A stretch of DNA of 57,149 bases from an uncultured Spirochaetaceae bacterium (GCA_944392705.1 CALXXO010000001.1:1-57149); one strand, 5' to 3'. Positions 18,902 through 28,829 are shown, numbered from the stretch's first letter. Numbers and translations: made by a program. The notes: generated by a model not told the origin, from the sequence alone.

Positions 18902-20178
18902 CTGCTTTTTTCCAGCATAATCTGAAGTATTGTCCTGTTGGTCTGTTCCATACCCTCGTGGGAAATCCTGGTAAGATGGTTGATTGAAGACAGAGAATCA
19001 TCACCGACAATACCAGCTTCCCCTCCGGCTCTCTTTCCTGCCATGGCAAGCTGTACCGATACAGAAGCGGCAATAAGGGAAGAGTAAATCTTCAAAGCAC
19101 AGGTATCCTTTGCACCATCGCATATGATACCGGATAGGTTTCCAACCATATTGTTGATTGCAGAATCCAAGAGAGCAGCGTCTCCACCGAGAAGATAAGC
19201 ATAAGCGCAAGCTGTTCCTATCGAAGCTGTGAATGCCCCACAGAGAGCAGAAAGCCTGTCTTTGCGGCTCGTGAGGATTATGCCGACAAGCTCGCTTATG
19301 GCAACAGCGGAAAGCATCTCGCTCTCGCTCTTTCCAAGGAAAGAAGCGACAATGGCTACAGGAACAGTAACAGTAATCCCCTGATTGCCCGATCCAGAGT
19401 TGATCATCACAGGAAGAGCAGATCCGGCCATTCTGGCATCCGATCCTGCTGCAGCAGCTGCCGCAGCCTTTCGCATTGCTTCATCGAGCGTCTTAGGCTC
19501 ACCCATGACACCATCTGCCATGATCTTGCCAACGGAAAGTCCCCAGTTCTCGGAAAGGCCGGCATTGCTTATCGCGATATTCTTCTCTACTGCACTCTTC
19601 AGCAGTGTTGCTATAACAGGAGAAAGGGAGGATGAATATTCGATAACATCGGCTACAGTCAGAGTCCCGAGGAAATCATCCTCTGAGAAAGACCTGCACT
19701 CAGGGAAGAAACGCGGTGCTTCTGGGAGCTTTATACCATCGAGCTCAAGGGCTGTGAATCTGTCATGCTCCCCTGATATAACCGCAGTAGCGCTATGCCC
19801 ATTGCCCATAACTGTCACCTTGACATACAACGATGGAGCCGATTCATCTATCTTCACTTCAAGAGGAAAGCCCATCGCCTTCTGCCGTTCATTATCCGTT
19901 ACAGTGGAGAGGACCGAAAGGCCTTCGGAAGAATCCCTGATGGCAATGCCAAGGGAAACTGCGGCTCTTATGCCATGGAGCGATGAATTAGGAATCGATA
20001 CGCCCATGGCGTTCTTCATCATATTCGGAGAGACAACGGCAACTCCGGATTCCGGCTCCATACCGAATAGTTCTGCCGCCTTTGCTCCTGCCAGAGCTGC
20101 AGCTGCCGGCTCAGTGCAGCCCATCGCTTCCTTGATTTCCTTTTCAAGAAGAAGATCTATCCTCCGCCTATTAAGCAT
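18898..20178 (-). CDS. UPF0597 / L-cysteine desulfidase (CyuA/YhaM-like) family protein
   Basis: 426-aa ORF with the N-terminal MGCTEPAAAALA motif and a size typical of the YhaM/CyuA family. Confidence 0.7.
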   Translation of the reverse strand: MLNRRRIDLLLEKEIKEAMGCTEPAAAALAGAKAAELFGMEPESGVAVVSPNMMKNAMGVSIPNSSLHGIRAAVSLGIAIRDSSEGLSVLSTVTDNERQKAMGFPLEVKIDESAPSLYVKVTVMGNGHSATAVISGEHDRFTALELDGIKLPEAPRFFPECRSFSEDDFLGTLTVADVIEYSSSLSPVIATLLKSAVEKNIAISNAGLSENWGLSVGKIMADGVMGEPKTLDEAMRKAAAAAAAGSDARMAGSALPVMINSGSGNQGITVTVPVAIVASFLGKSESEMLSAVAISELVGIILTSRKDRLSALCGAFTASIGTACAYAYLLGGDAALLDSAINNMVGNLSGIICDGAKDTCALKIYSSLIAASVSVQLAMAGKRAGGEAGIVGDDSLSSINHLTRISHEGMEQTNRTILQIMLEKSR

Positions 20179-21334
20179 CCGGGACCTCCGAAATATAAGC
20201 AGAACCTCTGACTGTCATAGTATATTCCAGTCCGGCAGGTATTACGGCAGCTTCTCCTTTATCAAGCACAAGGCTCTCGCCTTTCGAAGAGAAGCGGACA
20301 CACCCTTCCGTGACCAGGATTATTGCTATAGGATCCTTCTTTATCTCGTATGTACCTGAAGACACCGCAAGCAGGGAGAAATCCGGAGATGGGGATGAGA
20401 ATCTAACACGGCCGAAACCATCCTTTGATGCTGTGCATTTCTCAACATTGAGAGAGGAGAAATGCATGATGCTTCTGAGTTCAGGAAGGTCCATCCTCTT
20501 CTTTGTCAGTCCACCCCTGAGAACGTTATCGCTATCATTCATGACCTCAATGCCATTTCCGAATACATACGCATGAAGCGTTCCAGGAACTATAGGCATC
20601 GCTTCTCCAATCTGGAGGTGAACGACATTCATAAGGTATGGGAATATGCACCCGATATCATCGGGATATTCAACAAGGCACTCCCTCGAAATACCGCAGC
20701 GCGTGAGGAACAGGCCTTCCCACGATGGCTCCGAAGAAGATTCAAGGGAAGCTTTCAGCTCCTTGAGTATCGCTTCCTTCTCCTCTTCAGGAAGGGAGAA
20801 AAGGGACATGAAGAGATTCTCGATATCTGTTGCCAGGGCGCGAAGAGTACGTGCAAAAGCACCAGGAACCACGGCAGCAAGATCTGCTTTGATAACCTCT
20901 ATATCCCTGAATCCGCACATAGCTGTTATCGGAGAGAGAGCAAGAATCATCTCGCATTTCTCATTATCATCCTGATAGGAGACTGCTAAGCCTTTTTTCC
21001 TGTCCTCTGCTTCCCTCTTCCAGCCTTTCTCTGCCTGTTCTTTGTTTGGGTGGCACTGAAGCGAAAGCGGTTTCTCAATCGCAAGGACTTTCATAAGAAG
21101 AGGTAGCCTGCCACCATATTTTTCCCAGTTTCTATCGCCAAGGAAAGACTTATCATCATGGATAAGCGCAGATAGATGCCCATTACCCTCTACTTCAGCA
21201 TCTCCGGACGGATGCGTACCAAGCCATAGCTCAGCCTGAGGTCCGCCAGTTGCACCACCGATAAGAGATGGTATGAAATCGCTATTTCCCCATGCATAGT
21301 CTTTGACTACGCCTTTGATTCTTCTTATTTCCAT
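20171..21334 (-). CDS. manA: mannose-6-phosphate isomerase, class I
   Basis: 387-aa ORF with YAWG at residues 13-16, as in ManA, and a QCHP metal-site motif (LSLQCHPNKEQAEKG). Confidence 0.85.
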   Translation of the reverse strand: MEIRRIKGVVKDYAWGNSDFIPSLIGGATGGPQAELWLGTHPSGDAEVEGNGHLSALIHDDKSFLGDRNWEKYGGRLPLLMKVLAIEKPLSLQCHPNKEQAEKGWKREAEDRKKGLAVSYQDDNEKCEMILALSPITAMCGFRDIEVIKADLAAVVPGAFARTLRALATDIENLFMSLFSLPEEEKEAILKELKASLESSSEPSWEGLFLTRCGISRECLVEYPDDIGCIFPYLMNVVHLQIGEAMPIVPGTLHAYVFGNGIEVMNDSDNVLRGGLTKKRMDLPELRSIMHFSSLNVEKCTASKDGFGRVRFSSPSPDFSLLAVSSGTYEIKKDPIAIILVTEGCVRFSSKGESLVLDKGEAAVIPAGLEYTMTVRGSAYISEVPDA

Positions 21335-21341
21335 ATTCTGG

Positions 21342-21350
21342 ATTATAGCA
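21342..21350 (-). promoter_or_regulatory. extended -10 element (TGCTATAAT) 7 nt upstream of the manA ATG
   Basis: The minus strand reads tgcTATAATccagaatATG. There is no SD between the -10 and the ATG. Confidence 0.45.
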
Positions 21351-21449
21351 TATCAAAGGCGAAATTATGCCAAAAATATAACCGCCTTTGTCAGCACAGC
21401 TGACTAACAGACTATTGGTTGCACAGAAATAAGATAAATATGTTTGTAA

Positions 21450-22817
21450 TCAGTCCTTACCATCGCACTTATCCTTCAGTTCCTTCATAAACGATGAAAA
21501 GAAGAATATTGCAAGGACGAATGACAAAGCATCGCTTATAGGCTGGGATGCTATAACGCCATCTATGCCGAAGAAGCGAGGGAGTATCAGGATAAGCGGC
21601 AGGAAGAATATCCCCTGTCTCGCCATCGACAGCACTGTCGCCGGTGCGGAATGACCTGTCGACTGCAGTCCCATATTCGTAGCTGTGACTACGCCTGTAA
21701 GCGGCATCAACAGCATCTGGAACCTCAGAGCCTTCACTCCGATTTCCATTACAGCCGCATCATCGCCCCGGAACGCTCCTATGATTTCAGGAGCTATGAT
21801 GAAGCATACGACCGAAACGAACAGCATAATAACCGTACCTGTAATAGCTGTGAAGCGTGTAGCTTCCCTGACTCTGCCGTAGAGCCTTGCACCATAATTG
21901 AAAGAAGCAACGGGCTGGTATCCCTGGCCGAAGCCCAGCATCGCAGAGAATGCGAACATGGTAATTCTTCCGACTATGCTCATCGCTGCAACTGCGGCAT
22001 CGCCGAAGGCGGCTGCTGCTACATTGAGAGCAACAGTAGCGGCACTTGCCAGCCCCTGTCTCATCAGCGTTGGAAGACCAGTTACGATGATATCACGATA
22101 AAGGCGGAAAGAACGTGAGACTTTCATCAAGGAAAGCCGCACACTGCTCTTCCCTTTGATAAAGAACGAGAGAAGGATGATGAATGATATAAGCTGGCTT
22201 AAAGCTGTAGCCATTGCAGCACCCGCGGTTCCAAATCCGAATGTAAATATGAAGATGGGGTCCAGAACAATATTGAGAAGTCCGCCAATTGTAATGCCAA
22301 CCATTCCGTATACAGCCTTACCCTCCGCACGCAGATAGTTGTTCATTACAAAGGAAGCACACATTACGGGCGCGCCGAAAAAGATGTACTGGGCATAATC
22401 CTCTGCATACGGAAGGATTGTCTCAGTAGCTCCAAGGAGAGTCATAATCTGTGGACGGAAAATCGTACCTATTACAGCAAGCAGTATAGAAAGAAGCAGT
22501 GAGAAGACAAACCCGCTGGAAGCTGTAATTGTAGCTTCTTCATCCTTTCTTGCACCAAGCTGTCTGGAAAGTATGTTGCCAGCTCCCATGCCGATTGTAA
22601 AACCGATAGCCTGGATTATCGCCATAATCGAGAAGACTATACCCACAGCACCCGCAGCACTTGTGCCAAGCTGCGAGACGAAGAATGTATCAGCGGTGTT
22701 GTAGATGGATGAGACCAGCATACTGATTATAGTAGGGACCGCAAGCTTTCCGATGAGGCGCGGAACCGGTGTCTCGGTCATCTTCCTGTAGTGATTCTCT
22801 CTCTTTTTATCATCCAT
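21450..22817 (-). CDS. MATE-family efflux transporter (paralog 2)
   Basis: 12-TM MATE architecture. I chose the start at 22817 (MDDKKRENHYRKMTETPVPRLI), preceded by ggagag. The longer track ORF would run antisense through a tRNA gene. Confidence 0.8.
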   Translation of the reverse strand: MDDKKRENHYRKMTETPVPRLIGKLAVPTIISMLVSSIYNTADTFFVSQLGTSAAGAVGIVFSIMAIIQAIGFTIGMGAGNILSRQLGARKDEEATITASSGFVFSLLLSILLAVIGTIFRPQIMTLLGATETILPYAEDYAQYIFFGAPVMCASFVMNNYLRAEGKAVYGMVGITIGGLLNIVLDPIFIFTFGFGTAGAAMATALSQLISFIILLSFFIKGKSSVRLSLMKVSRSFRLYRDIIVTGLPTLMRQGLASAATVALNVAAAAFGDAAVAAMSIVGRITMFAFSAMLGFGQGYQPVASFNYGARLYGRVREATRFTAITGTVIMLFVSVVCFIIAPEIIGAFRGDDAAVMEIGVKALRFQMLLMPLTGVVTATNMGLQSTGHSAPATVLSMARQGIFFLPLILILPRFFGIDGVIASQPISDALSFVLAIFFFSSFMKELKDKCDGKD

Positions 22818-22881
22818 ATGTCTCTCCAATGCAAAATCGGCCTTGCGCTTATGCGAAAAAGCGTTTATTCTACCTTCCGAT

Positions 22882-22953
22882 GCGACTGTCGTATAATGGT
22901 TATTACCTATGCTTCCCAAGCATAAGAAGGGGGTCCGATTCCCCTCAGTCGCT
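22882..22953 (+). tRNA. tRNA-Gly (anticodon CCC), CCA not encoded
   Basis: Hand-folded cloverleaf. The acceptor stem GCGACTG/CAGTCGC is perfect. The D arm is GTAT-AATGGTTA-TTAC. The anticodon arm is TATGC-TTCCCAA-GCATA. There is a 4-nt variable loop and the T arm is GGGGG-TCCGATT-CCCCT. The Gly identity set G1-C72, C2-G71, G3-C70 and U73 is present. A candidate promoter TTGCGC-17-TATTCT lies at 22843-22871. Confidence 0.85.
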
Positions 22954-22959
22954 TCAGAG

Positions 22960-22981
22960 GGCTCCATACCGGAGCCTTTTT
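22960..22981 (+). terminator. rho-independent terminator of the tRNA gene
   Basis: GGCTCC-atacc-GGAGCC followed by TTTTT. Confidence 0.7.
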
Positions 22982-23075
22982 CTATGAATGTTATTCTAGG
23001 ATATGCTTCACCTGTTTATCAACAAGAAAATAAAAGCTCCGTTTTCGGTATGAATATTTAAAAATACAAAGCAAA

Positions 23076-23114
23076 TAAAAGAAAATGATACTCCGGCCCA
23101 TGATAGAGCCGGAG
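23076..23114 (-). terminator. rho-independent terminator of the BMP-ABC operon
   Basis: On the minus strand, CTCCGGC-tctatcatg-GCCGGAG is followed by a T-rich tail (tatcattttctttt), 10 nt after the stop of the last gene. Confidence 0.6.
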
Positions 23115-23124
23115 ATTGAATCAA

Positions 23125-25335
23125 TTAATTGATATAAATCGGGGAAGACCATGCAATATGATCATCTACCTGCTCTACCCTGAGGTAATAGTAGTCGGAT
23201 GAGTCAGAACCGCAGTCCGTGAATGTGAAATCTACATCGCGTCCTTCTGGAACAGATGAATAGACAACTTCGCCATTCTTTATGATTTCAATCTTCCTGA
23301 TATCATTCACAGCAAGAACAGAGCAAGTGAACTTCCTCTCGCCATCTGTGGATACTTCCGAGCCCATGAAGGCATCGCCCATGCGGAACGAAAGAAGTAT
23401 ACGAGCGCCTGTTGTTGCATAGGTACGCCTGTTCCAGATAGCCGACCAGACCTCCTGGCTTGTATTCTCTGGCACGAATGCACCAAGGATACCACCTTCC
23501 TTACCATGCTCCATCTGGTGGGAATCAGAGCCTGCAACAAATCCCAGGTGATAGCCACGAGCAAGAGCATCCTGAACACATTTGCGAGGGAATTTCGCAA
23601 TGTTCTTCGTGTAGCGAGAGACTGCATCTGTCTTCTCGTAGTCCGCATGGCGGGAGAAGATTTCGACTGCCCTCTGTACTTCAGGATCATTGTAATCCCA
23701 ATCTGTCGCAGCAGAGACAAGCTTCCAGTCAGCAGCTGGATGATGAGGAATACAGAGACCACCATCCTTCTTTATTGCAGCATAGAGCCTGTCAGGATTC
23801 AGTCCTTCTTCAGAGACGCTTGTATACAGACCGCCCTCGGAAGATGGGTAGTAGACATTTTTGTGGCCGAAATCATGATGATACTCATTGCTTGTCCACT
23901 CGAATGCAAGGATAGCAGAGAAATCATCTTCAGCGTTGAAGAGGTTTCTGGTCGCCCTGTTCCACTCCCACTCGGACTGTGTTGCTTCATCAGGGTAGCA
24001 GTCATGATCTGTCAGCGCGCAGAAATCCATATCAGCATCATTCATAGCGAAATGATAATAGTGATCCAGCTCGCCCATTCCATCGGACATATTGCTCTGG
24101 CCATGGATATCGCCGAAGAGAAGCTTATAATCGAGATTGTTCTTCTTGAGCCATGCAGCCTTCTCTTCATCGCTTACCTTATCCAGAGTCTTTATTACAT
24201 CAATAGGCTGCACGAACTGATCGATTTTCGTGACAATCTCAGTATCATCGCAGGCAAGAACGTCATTGACGCTTACTGTGTTGTAGACAGCAACTGCATA
24301 CCTGTCCTGATGGCCATTGCGCTCAGCCCACTGCCATACATAGTGGATGATATTATCATCGGAGAGAACAACCTTTCCCCTTATGCCGCATCTGCCATCA
24401 TTGTAGCTAAGGAGCACTGGCTTGCTCCACGAACCATCCGGCTTCCTGATATTGCAGAGAATATTGTACTTGCCGATTGTATAGCAGAATACTGTATATC
24501 CATTTGCATTAGCTGAAGCATCGATGTTGTTGTACCAGTTGCGGTTGCTGACAAGCACCTGATAGTTCTCGCGCTCTGCCTTACCATCCTTGATACGGAT
24601 ATCTACAGCATTGTAGCTGTAGAATGAGAAGATGCCATTCTCATACCAGCAGACAACGAAGAGGTCATGATCCGGGGAGACAACAACCGGCTGGGCACAG
24701 CGGTTCTCTGACTCATCGATGCGGATTTCATCGGACCACTTGCCATCAGTGCAAAGGCGTCCAAGCACATTGTAAATCGAGCCATCGAATGAATCATATA
24801 CAACCAGGATATCGCCATCCTTGTTCTGACAAGCTGTCGGGCGATAGCACTTAACACTTGTATTGATCTTCTCAGGAACAAAAGCCCCGTCCTTCTGCTG
24901 TGCGAGGATTACATCGCTCTTTTTCGGAGCCTGCCTGTTGTAAAGCACTGCAACCTTTCCATTGATTACAGCAAGAGATACATAAAAGAGCGCATCGCCT
25001 GTCTCAATAACTGTAACAGGAGAGAGCGCACCATCATATGTCCTTACACAGATACTCCACTTTCCATCCTGAAATTCCGACCATGCAAACCAGGCCTTTC
25101 CCTCTGCATACAGCGCAGTTGGACGGAGAGCAAGCCCTGTGCCCGATACAACAATGTCGGATGCTGCAAGTACACCATCCTTGAAAACAGAGAGCACTAT
25201 GCGCTCCTGCTTTTTCCTTGCTTCCTCAACGATTACATAATCAGTGCCTTTTCCATCGGTAGCAATCGCTGGATACTGGTTATTCATGTTGAGCTTATCG
25301 CCGATTTCGATTGATTTCTGTGCAAAACTGTTCAT
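23125..25335 (-). CDS. fusion protein: N-terminal sialidase/BNR-like repeat domain plus C-terminal DUF3604/PHP-like metallohydrolase domain
   Basis: The start at 25335 (MNSFAQK) is preceded by aggaga, 17 nt after the permease stop. The N-terminal half has recurring DG-W motifs (FQDGKWS, CTDGKWSDE, KPDGSWSKP). The C-terminal half has GDIHGQS, ALTDHD, FEWTS, IPHHP, GSDSHQ and RRTYATTGARI, matching the DUF3604/CehA-type pattern. There is no signal peptide. Confidence 0.65.
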   Translation of the reverse strand: MNSFAQKSIEIGDKLNMNNQYPAIATDGKGTDYVIVEEARKKQERIVLSVFKDGVLAASDIVVSGTGLALRPTALYAEGKAWFAWSEFQDGKWSICVRTYDGALSPVTVIETGDALFYVSLAVINGKVAVLYNRQAPKKSDVILAQQKDGAFVPEKINTSVKCYRPTACQNKDGDILVVYDSFDGSIYNVLGRLCTDGKWSDEIRIDESENRCAQPVVVSPDHDLFVVCWYENGIFSFYSYNAVDIRIKDGKAERENYQVLVSNRNWYNNIDASANANGYTVFCYTIGKYNILCNIRKPDGSWSKPVLLSYNDGRCGIRGKVVLSDDNIIHYVWQWAERNGHQDRYAVAVYNTVSVNDVLACDDTEIVTKIDQFVQPIDVIKTLDKVSDEEKAAWLKKNNLDYKLLFGDIHGQSNMSDGMGELDHYYHFAMNDADMDFCALTDHDCYPDEATQSEWEWNRATRNLFNAEDDFSAILAFEWTSNEYHHDFGHKNVYYPSSEGGLYTSVSEEGLNPDRLYAAIKKDGGLCIPHHPAADWKLVSAATDWDYNDPEVQRAVEIFSRHADYEKTDAVSRYTKNIAKFPRKCVQDALARGYHLGFVAGSDSHQMEHGKEGGILGAFVPENTSQEVWSAIWNRRTYATTGARILLSFRMGDAFMGSEVSTDGERKFTCSVLAVNDIRKIEIIKNGEVVYSSVPEGRDVDFTFTDCGSDSSDYYYLRVEQVDDHIAWSSPIYIN

Positions 25336-25352
25336 CTGAATTCTCCTATTCT

Positions 25353-26252
25353 TCAATCATCCTCATGAGCACCGACACCTGCTGGTGGTTTGATATTCCT
25401 TACTCCGAATACAAGGACAAGCAATGTAACGATATAAGGAATCATCTGGATAAGCTGGGAAGGTACTCCATATCCCTGCAGGTAAATCTGCACAGCTTCG
25501 CAGAATCCAAACAAGGATCCGGCCAGCATAGCTTTCACAGGGTTGTAGCGCGAGAGTATTCCAATCGCAACTGCAATATAACCGCGGCTTGCGGACATAT
25601 CGCGGACAAACATATCAAGGCTGACAATCGAGAGGTATGCTCCGCCCAATCCGGCTAGCATACCGCAGATTGCAACGCCTATATACTTCATTTTGTGGAC
25701 AGGGATACCGATACTGCTTGCAGCCTTCGGGTTCTCACCAACGAACCTCAGCCTGAGTCCGAATGGAGTGCGGAACAGCACAAACCACTCGACAATTGCA
25801 ATTGCGATTGTCACAGGAAGAAGTATCGACTGACGAGCGAAGATTTCACCAAGCACTGGAATGTTCTGCAGGAAGCTCAGAGTCACATCAACAGATGCAA
25901 CAGTAGCCGAACTACCCTTGTTATTCCAGATAATCTGCATGAAAAGCGTGGTTGCGGCAGTCGCAAGCAGGTTAAGTCCGATACCGGATATGACCTGATT
26001 CATCTTATATCTTACAGATAGAAGTGCATGGGCCAATCCGATAACAAGTCCACCAAGTATACCGCACAAGAGTCCGACAAAAGCGTTGCCGCTGAACCAG
26101 GAACCGACAACTGCGGAAAATGCTCCGAAAAGCATCATGCTCTCGAGTCCGAGCGCCATGACGCCGCTTCTTACGGACATGACTCCTCCAAGTGCTGCAA
26201 GCACAAGAGGAATGGAAAGGGAAAGCGTTGATGCAAGAAGTCCTAGAATCAT
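25353..26252 (-). CDS. ABC transporter permease (BMP/nucleoside-type, second permease)
   Basis: 299-aa polytopic ORF that overlaps the upstream permease gene by 4 nt. Confidence 0.8.
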   Translation of the reverse strand: MILGLLASTLSLSIPLVLAALGGVMSVRSGVMALGLESMMLFGAFSAVVGSWFSGNAFVGLLCGILGGLVIGLAHALLSVRYKMNQVISGIGLNLLATAATTLFMQIIWNNKGSSATVASVDVTLSFLQNIPVLGEIFARQSILLPVTIAIAIVEWFVLFRTPFGLRLRFVGENPKAASSIGIPVHKMKYIGVAICGMLAGLGGAYLSIVSLDMFVRDMSASRGYIAVAIGILSRYNPVKAMLAGSLFGFCEAVQIYLQGYGVPSQLIQMIPYIVTLLVLVFGVRNIKPPAGVGAHEDD

Positions 26253-27304
26253 GCCAGTCCCTCCTTTTTCTTCCTTCTGAAAGCTCCGAGATGGAGTATT
26301 TCATTGATCAGGAGAGGTGCGGATACGAATATGACAACCAGAGCCTGTACTACGGCAACAAACTCCGTAGGCGTTCTAGAAGTCATGTTCAGGATATTCG
26401 CGCCATTCTTGAGAGCTCCGAATACTATTCCGGAGAGAATGATGCCTATTGCGTTATCATTTCCAAGCGCTGCTACAGCTATTCCAGAGAAGCCGTAATC
26501 GGCAGAGAAGCCTGCGATGAAACGCCTGTTAACGCTCATGACCTGCAGAGCCCCTGCAAGCCCTCCGATAGCACCGGATATGAACATGGCGCTCAGCATT
26601 ACCCCGCCAACCTTTATTCCGGCAACAGCTGAAGCCTTCTGGTTAAGGCCAACACACTGAATTTCGAATCCTGTCTTTGTCCTGTCGATGAAGAACTTCA
26701 CTGCAACAGCGACGAGAGCGATTATCACGATACTGTAAGTCAGCTGATACGAAGGAAGAATCTTCGGCATAAGCGCTGTCTCAAGCATACGCTCCGTCTG
26801 TGCGACTGCTCCATCAGCTTTAAGAGGATAATTGACTAAGTAGCTTGTGAAATTGATGATGATGAAGTTAGTCATCGTTGTCGTGATAACCTCATTAGCA
26901 CCGAAATGCACCTTCAAGAATCCAATGAAAAGACCTACAAGACCGCCGGCAGCAGCTCCACCGAGCATAGTGACGGCAAGATGCAGGATCAGTGGCAGAT
27001 GAAGATCGGTCATACCGATAAGAGCTGCAACAATAGCACCTGTATAAAGCTGTCCCTCTATACCAAGATTGATAAGCATTGCCCTCTTGGAGACCATATA
27101 TCCAAGTCCGGTCATGATCAGCGGCGAAGCCTGAATCAGCGTATTCGTTATGTTACGCACCGAACCGAACGCGCCTGAGAATATGATGGAATAAGCGGTA
27201 AATGGATTATAGCCGCAAAGAGCCATGATTATTCCGCAGACAACAATAGCCAAGAAGAAAGAGAACAATGGTATTACAAGCGATTTCAAGCGATTACGAT
27301 TCAT
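26249..27304 (-). CDS. ABC transporter permease (BMP/nucleoside-type, first permease)
   Basis: 351-aa polytopic ORF that overlaps the ATPase gene by 11 nt. Confidence 0.8.
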   Translation of the reverse strand: MNRNRLKSLVIPLFSFFLAIVVCGIIMALCGYNPFTAYSIIFSGAFGSVRNITNTLIQASPLIMTGLGYMVSKRAMLINLGIEGQLYTGAIVAALIGMTDLHLPLILHLAVTMLGGAAAGGLVGLFIGFLKVHFGANEVITTTMTNFIIINFTSYLVNYPLKADGAVAQTERMLETALMPKILPSYQLTYSIVIIALVAVAVKFFIDRTKTGFEIQCVGLNQKASAVAGIKVGGVMLSAMFISGAIGGLAGALQVMSVNRRFIAGFSADYGFSGIAVAALGNDNAIGIILSGIVFGALKNGANILNMTSRTPTEFVAVVQALVVIFVSAPLLINEILHLGAFRRKKKEGLA

Positions 27305-28808
27305 TGCCTTCTCCTGTCATCCATAGACCAAGCTCACGAGCAGAGACTTTGTCAGCATCGAAAGTCTTGACTATCTTGCCTTCGTACATTACTGCAATGC
27401 GATCCGAGAGATTCATGACCTCATCGAGATCCGCAGATATAAGCAATACAGCTTTTCCGGCCTTTCTCAACCCGAGGATCTGGTGGTGGATAAACTCCAT
27501 TGCTCCTACATCTACACCACGTGTTGGCTGACATACGACAAGTACATCCGGCTCTTCTTCTATGACTCTTGCAACGACTATCTTCTGCTGGTTTCCACCT
27601 GAGAGAGAAGCAGCCTTCTGATTGCCATCAGGAGTCTTTATTCCATATTTTTTGATAGTCGAATCGGCAAAAGAGTTTATGTTTTTCCTGTCCAGCACAC
27701 CATGCGAACAGAATCTCTTTCTGCCATGATATCCAAGGATGAGATTCTCGCTTATGGATTTCTCAACAATCAAACCCATTGCCAGACGGTCCTCCGGGAT
27801 ATGGCCAATGCCCTGTCCCATAAGAGAGTGGGAATCACCGCTTATCTCTACTCCATCCTTCTTCATGACAAGCTGATCCGCTTTGATATTTCCTGTGAGA
27901 ACCTCTGCAAGCTCGCTCTGTCCATTGCCTTCGACGCCTGCGATTCCAAGAACCTCGCCCTTCCTGATATTGAAGGAAACATCCTTCAGCACAGGCAAGC
28001 CATTCCTGGTCAGCGAACAATGCTCAACTTCGAAGTAAACCTCTCCTTCGACAGGACCTTCGCTGCTGACATTGAGCTCGACATCGCGCCCGACCATCAT
28101 CTCGGCAAGGTCATCCATTGTCGATTCACCGAGATCCTGGCGATGCGTAATGAGCTTGCCTTGTCTTAAAACGGAGATCTTATCGGCGATAGCAAGAGTC
28201 TCCTTGAGCTTGTGGGTGATGATAATAATACCTGTTCCACTTGCTTTGAGATTCCTCATGATATCGAACAGAGCATCGACTTCCTGAGGAGTCAGAACAG
28301 CTGTAGGCTCATCGAGTATCAAGAGCCTGGCGCCCCTGTATAGGGCTTTCAGAATCTCAACGCGCTGCTGCTCTCCTACAGAAAGGTCCTGTACAAAAGC
28401 TTTTGCATCAATTGAGAAATGATAGCGGTCAATCAACGCCTGAACGTCTTTGACGGCCTTATCCATATCAATAAATATATGGTTCTTTCTTGGTTCAACC
28501 CCGGCAATGATATTCTCGGTAACTGTCATTACAGGTGAAAGCATGAAGTGCTGGTGCACCATGCCGATTCCCAGGGCAATCGAATCGCGGGGGGAATGGA
28601 AGCTGACTGGCTGGCCATTAACAAGAATCTGTCCTTCGTCAGGCTTCATCATTCCATACAGTATTTTCATCAAACAGGTCTTGCCTGCGCCATTCTCACC
28701 CAGGAGAGAATGGATCTCCCCTGAGTATGCTGAGAATGAGACATGGTCAACAGCGCGCACAAGAGGGAACTGTTTGACTATATCGATCATCTCAATCTTT
28801 TCAATCAC
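27294..28808 (-). CDS. ABC transporter ATP-binding protein with duplicated NBDs
   Basis: The first NBD has GENGAGKT, LSVGEQQRVEILKAL and LILDEPTAVL. The second NBD has LSGGNQQKIVVARV. A 504-aa double-NBD is typical of BMP/sugar-type (CUT2-like) importers. Confidence 0.85.
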   Translation of the reverse strand: MIEKIEMIDIVKQFPLVRAVDHVSFSAYSGEIHSLLGENGAGKTCLMKILYGMMKPDEGQILVNGQPVSFHSPRDSIALGIGMVHQHFMLSPVMTVTENIIAGVEPRKNHIFIDMDKAVKDVQALIDRYHFSIDAKAFVQDLSVGEQQRVEILKALYRGARLLILDEPTAVLTPQEVDALFDIMRNLKASGTGIIIITHKLKETLAIADKISVLRQGKLITHRQDLGESTMDDLAEMMVGRDVELNVSSEGPVEGEVYFEVEHCSLTRNGLPVLKDVSFNIRKGEVLGIAGVEGNGQSELAEVLTGNIKADQLVMKKDGVEISGDSHSLMGQGIGHIPEDRLAMGLIVEKSISENLILGYHGRKRFCSHGVLDRKNINSFADSTIKKYGIKTPDGNQKAASLSGGNQQKIVVARVIEEEPDVLVVCQPTRGVDVGAMEFIHHQILGLRKAGKAVLLISADLDEVMNLSDRIAVMYEGKIVKTFDADKVSARELGLWMTGEGNES

Positions 28809-28829
28809 ATCAAATCCCCTCTGTGGATA

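Noticed and set aside
19385-20359. 324-aa plus-strand ORF
   Set aside because: It is antisense to the well-supported CyuA-like and ManA genes. Its Ala/Ser/Pro-rich low-complexity translation is typical of an antisense frame.
22818-22967. 50-codon N-terminal extension of the MATE ORF (track start at 22967)
   Set aside because: It runs antisense straight through the tRNA-Gly gene and its terminator. An internal ATG at 22817 with a GGAGAG RBS gives a normal MATE N-terminus.
23506-24516. 336-aa plus-strand ORF
   Set aside because: It lies entirely antisense within the 736-aa DUF3604-fusion gene, has no motifs and has an Ile/Cys-rich composition that looks implausible.
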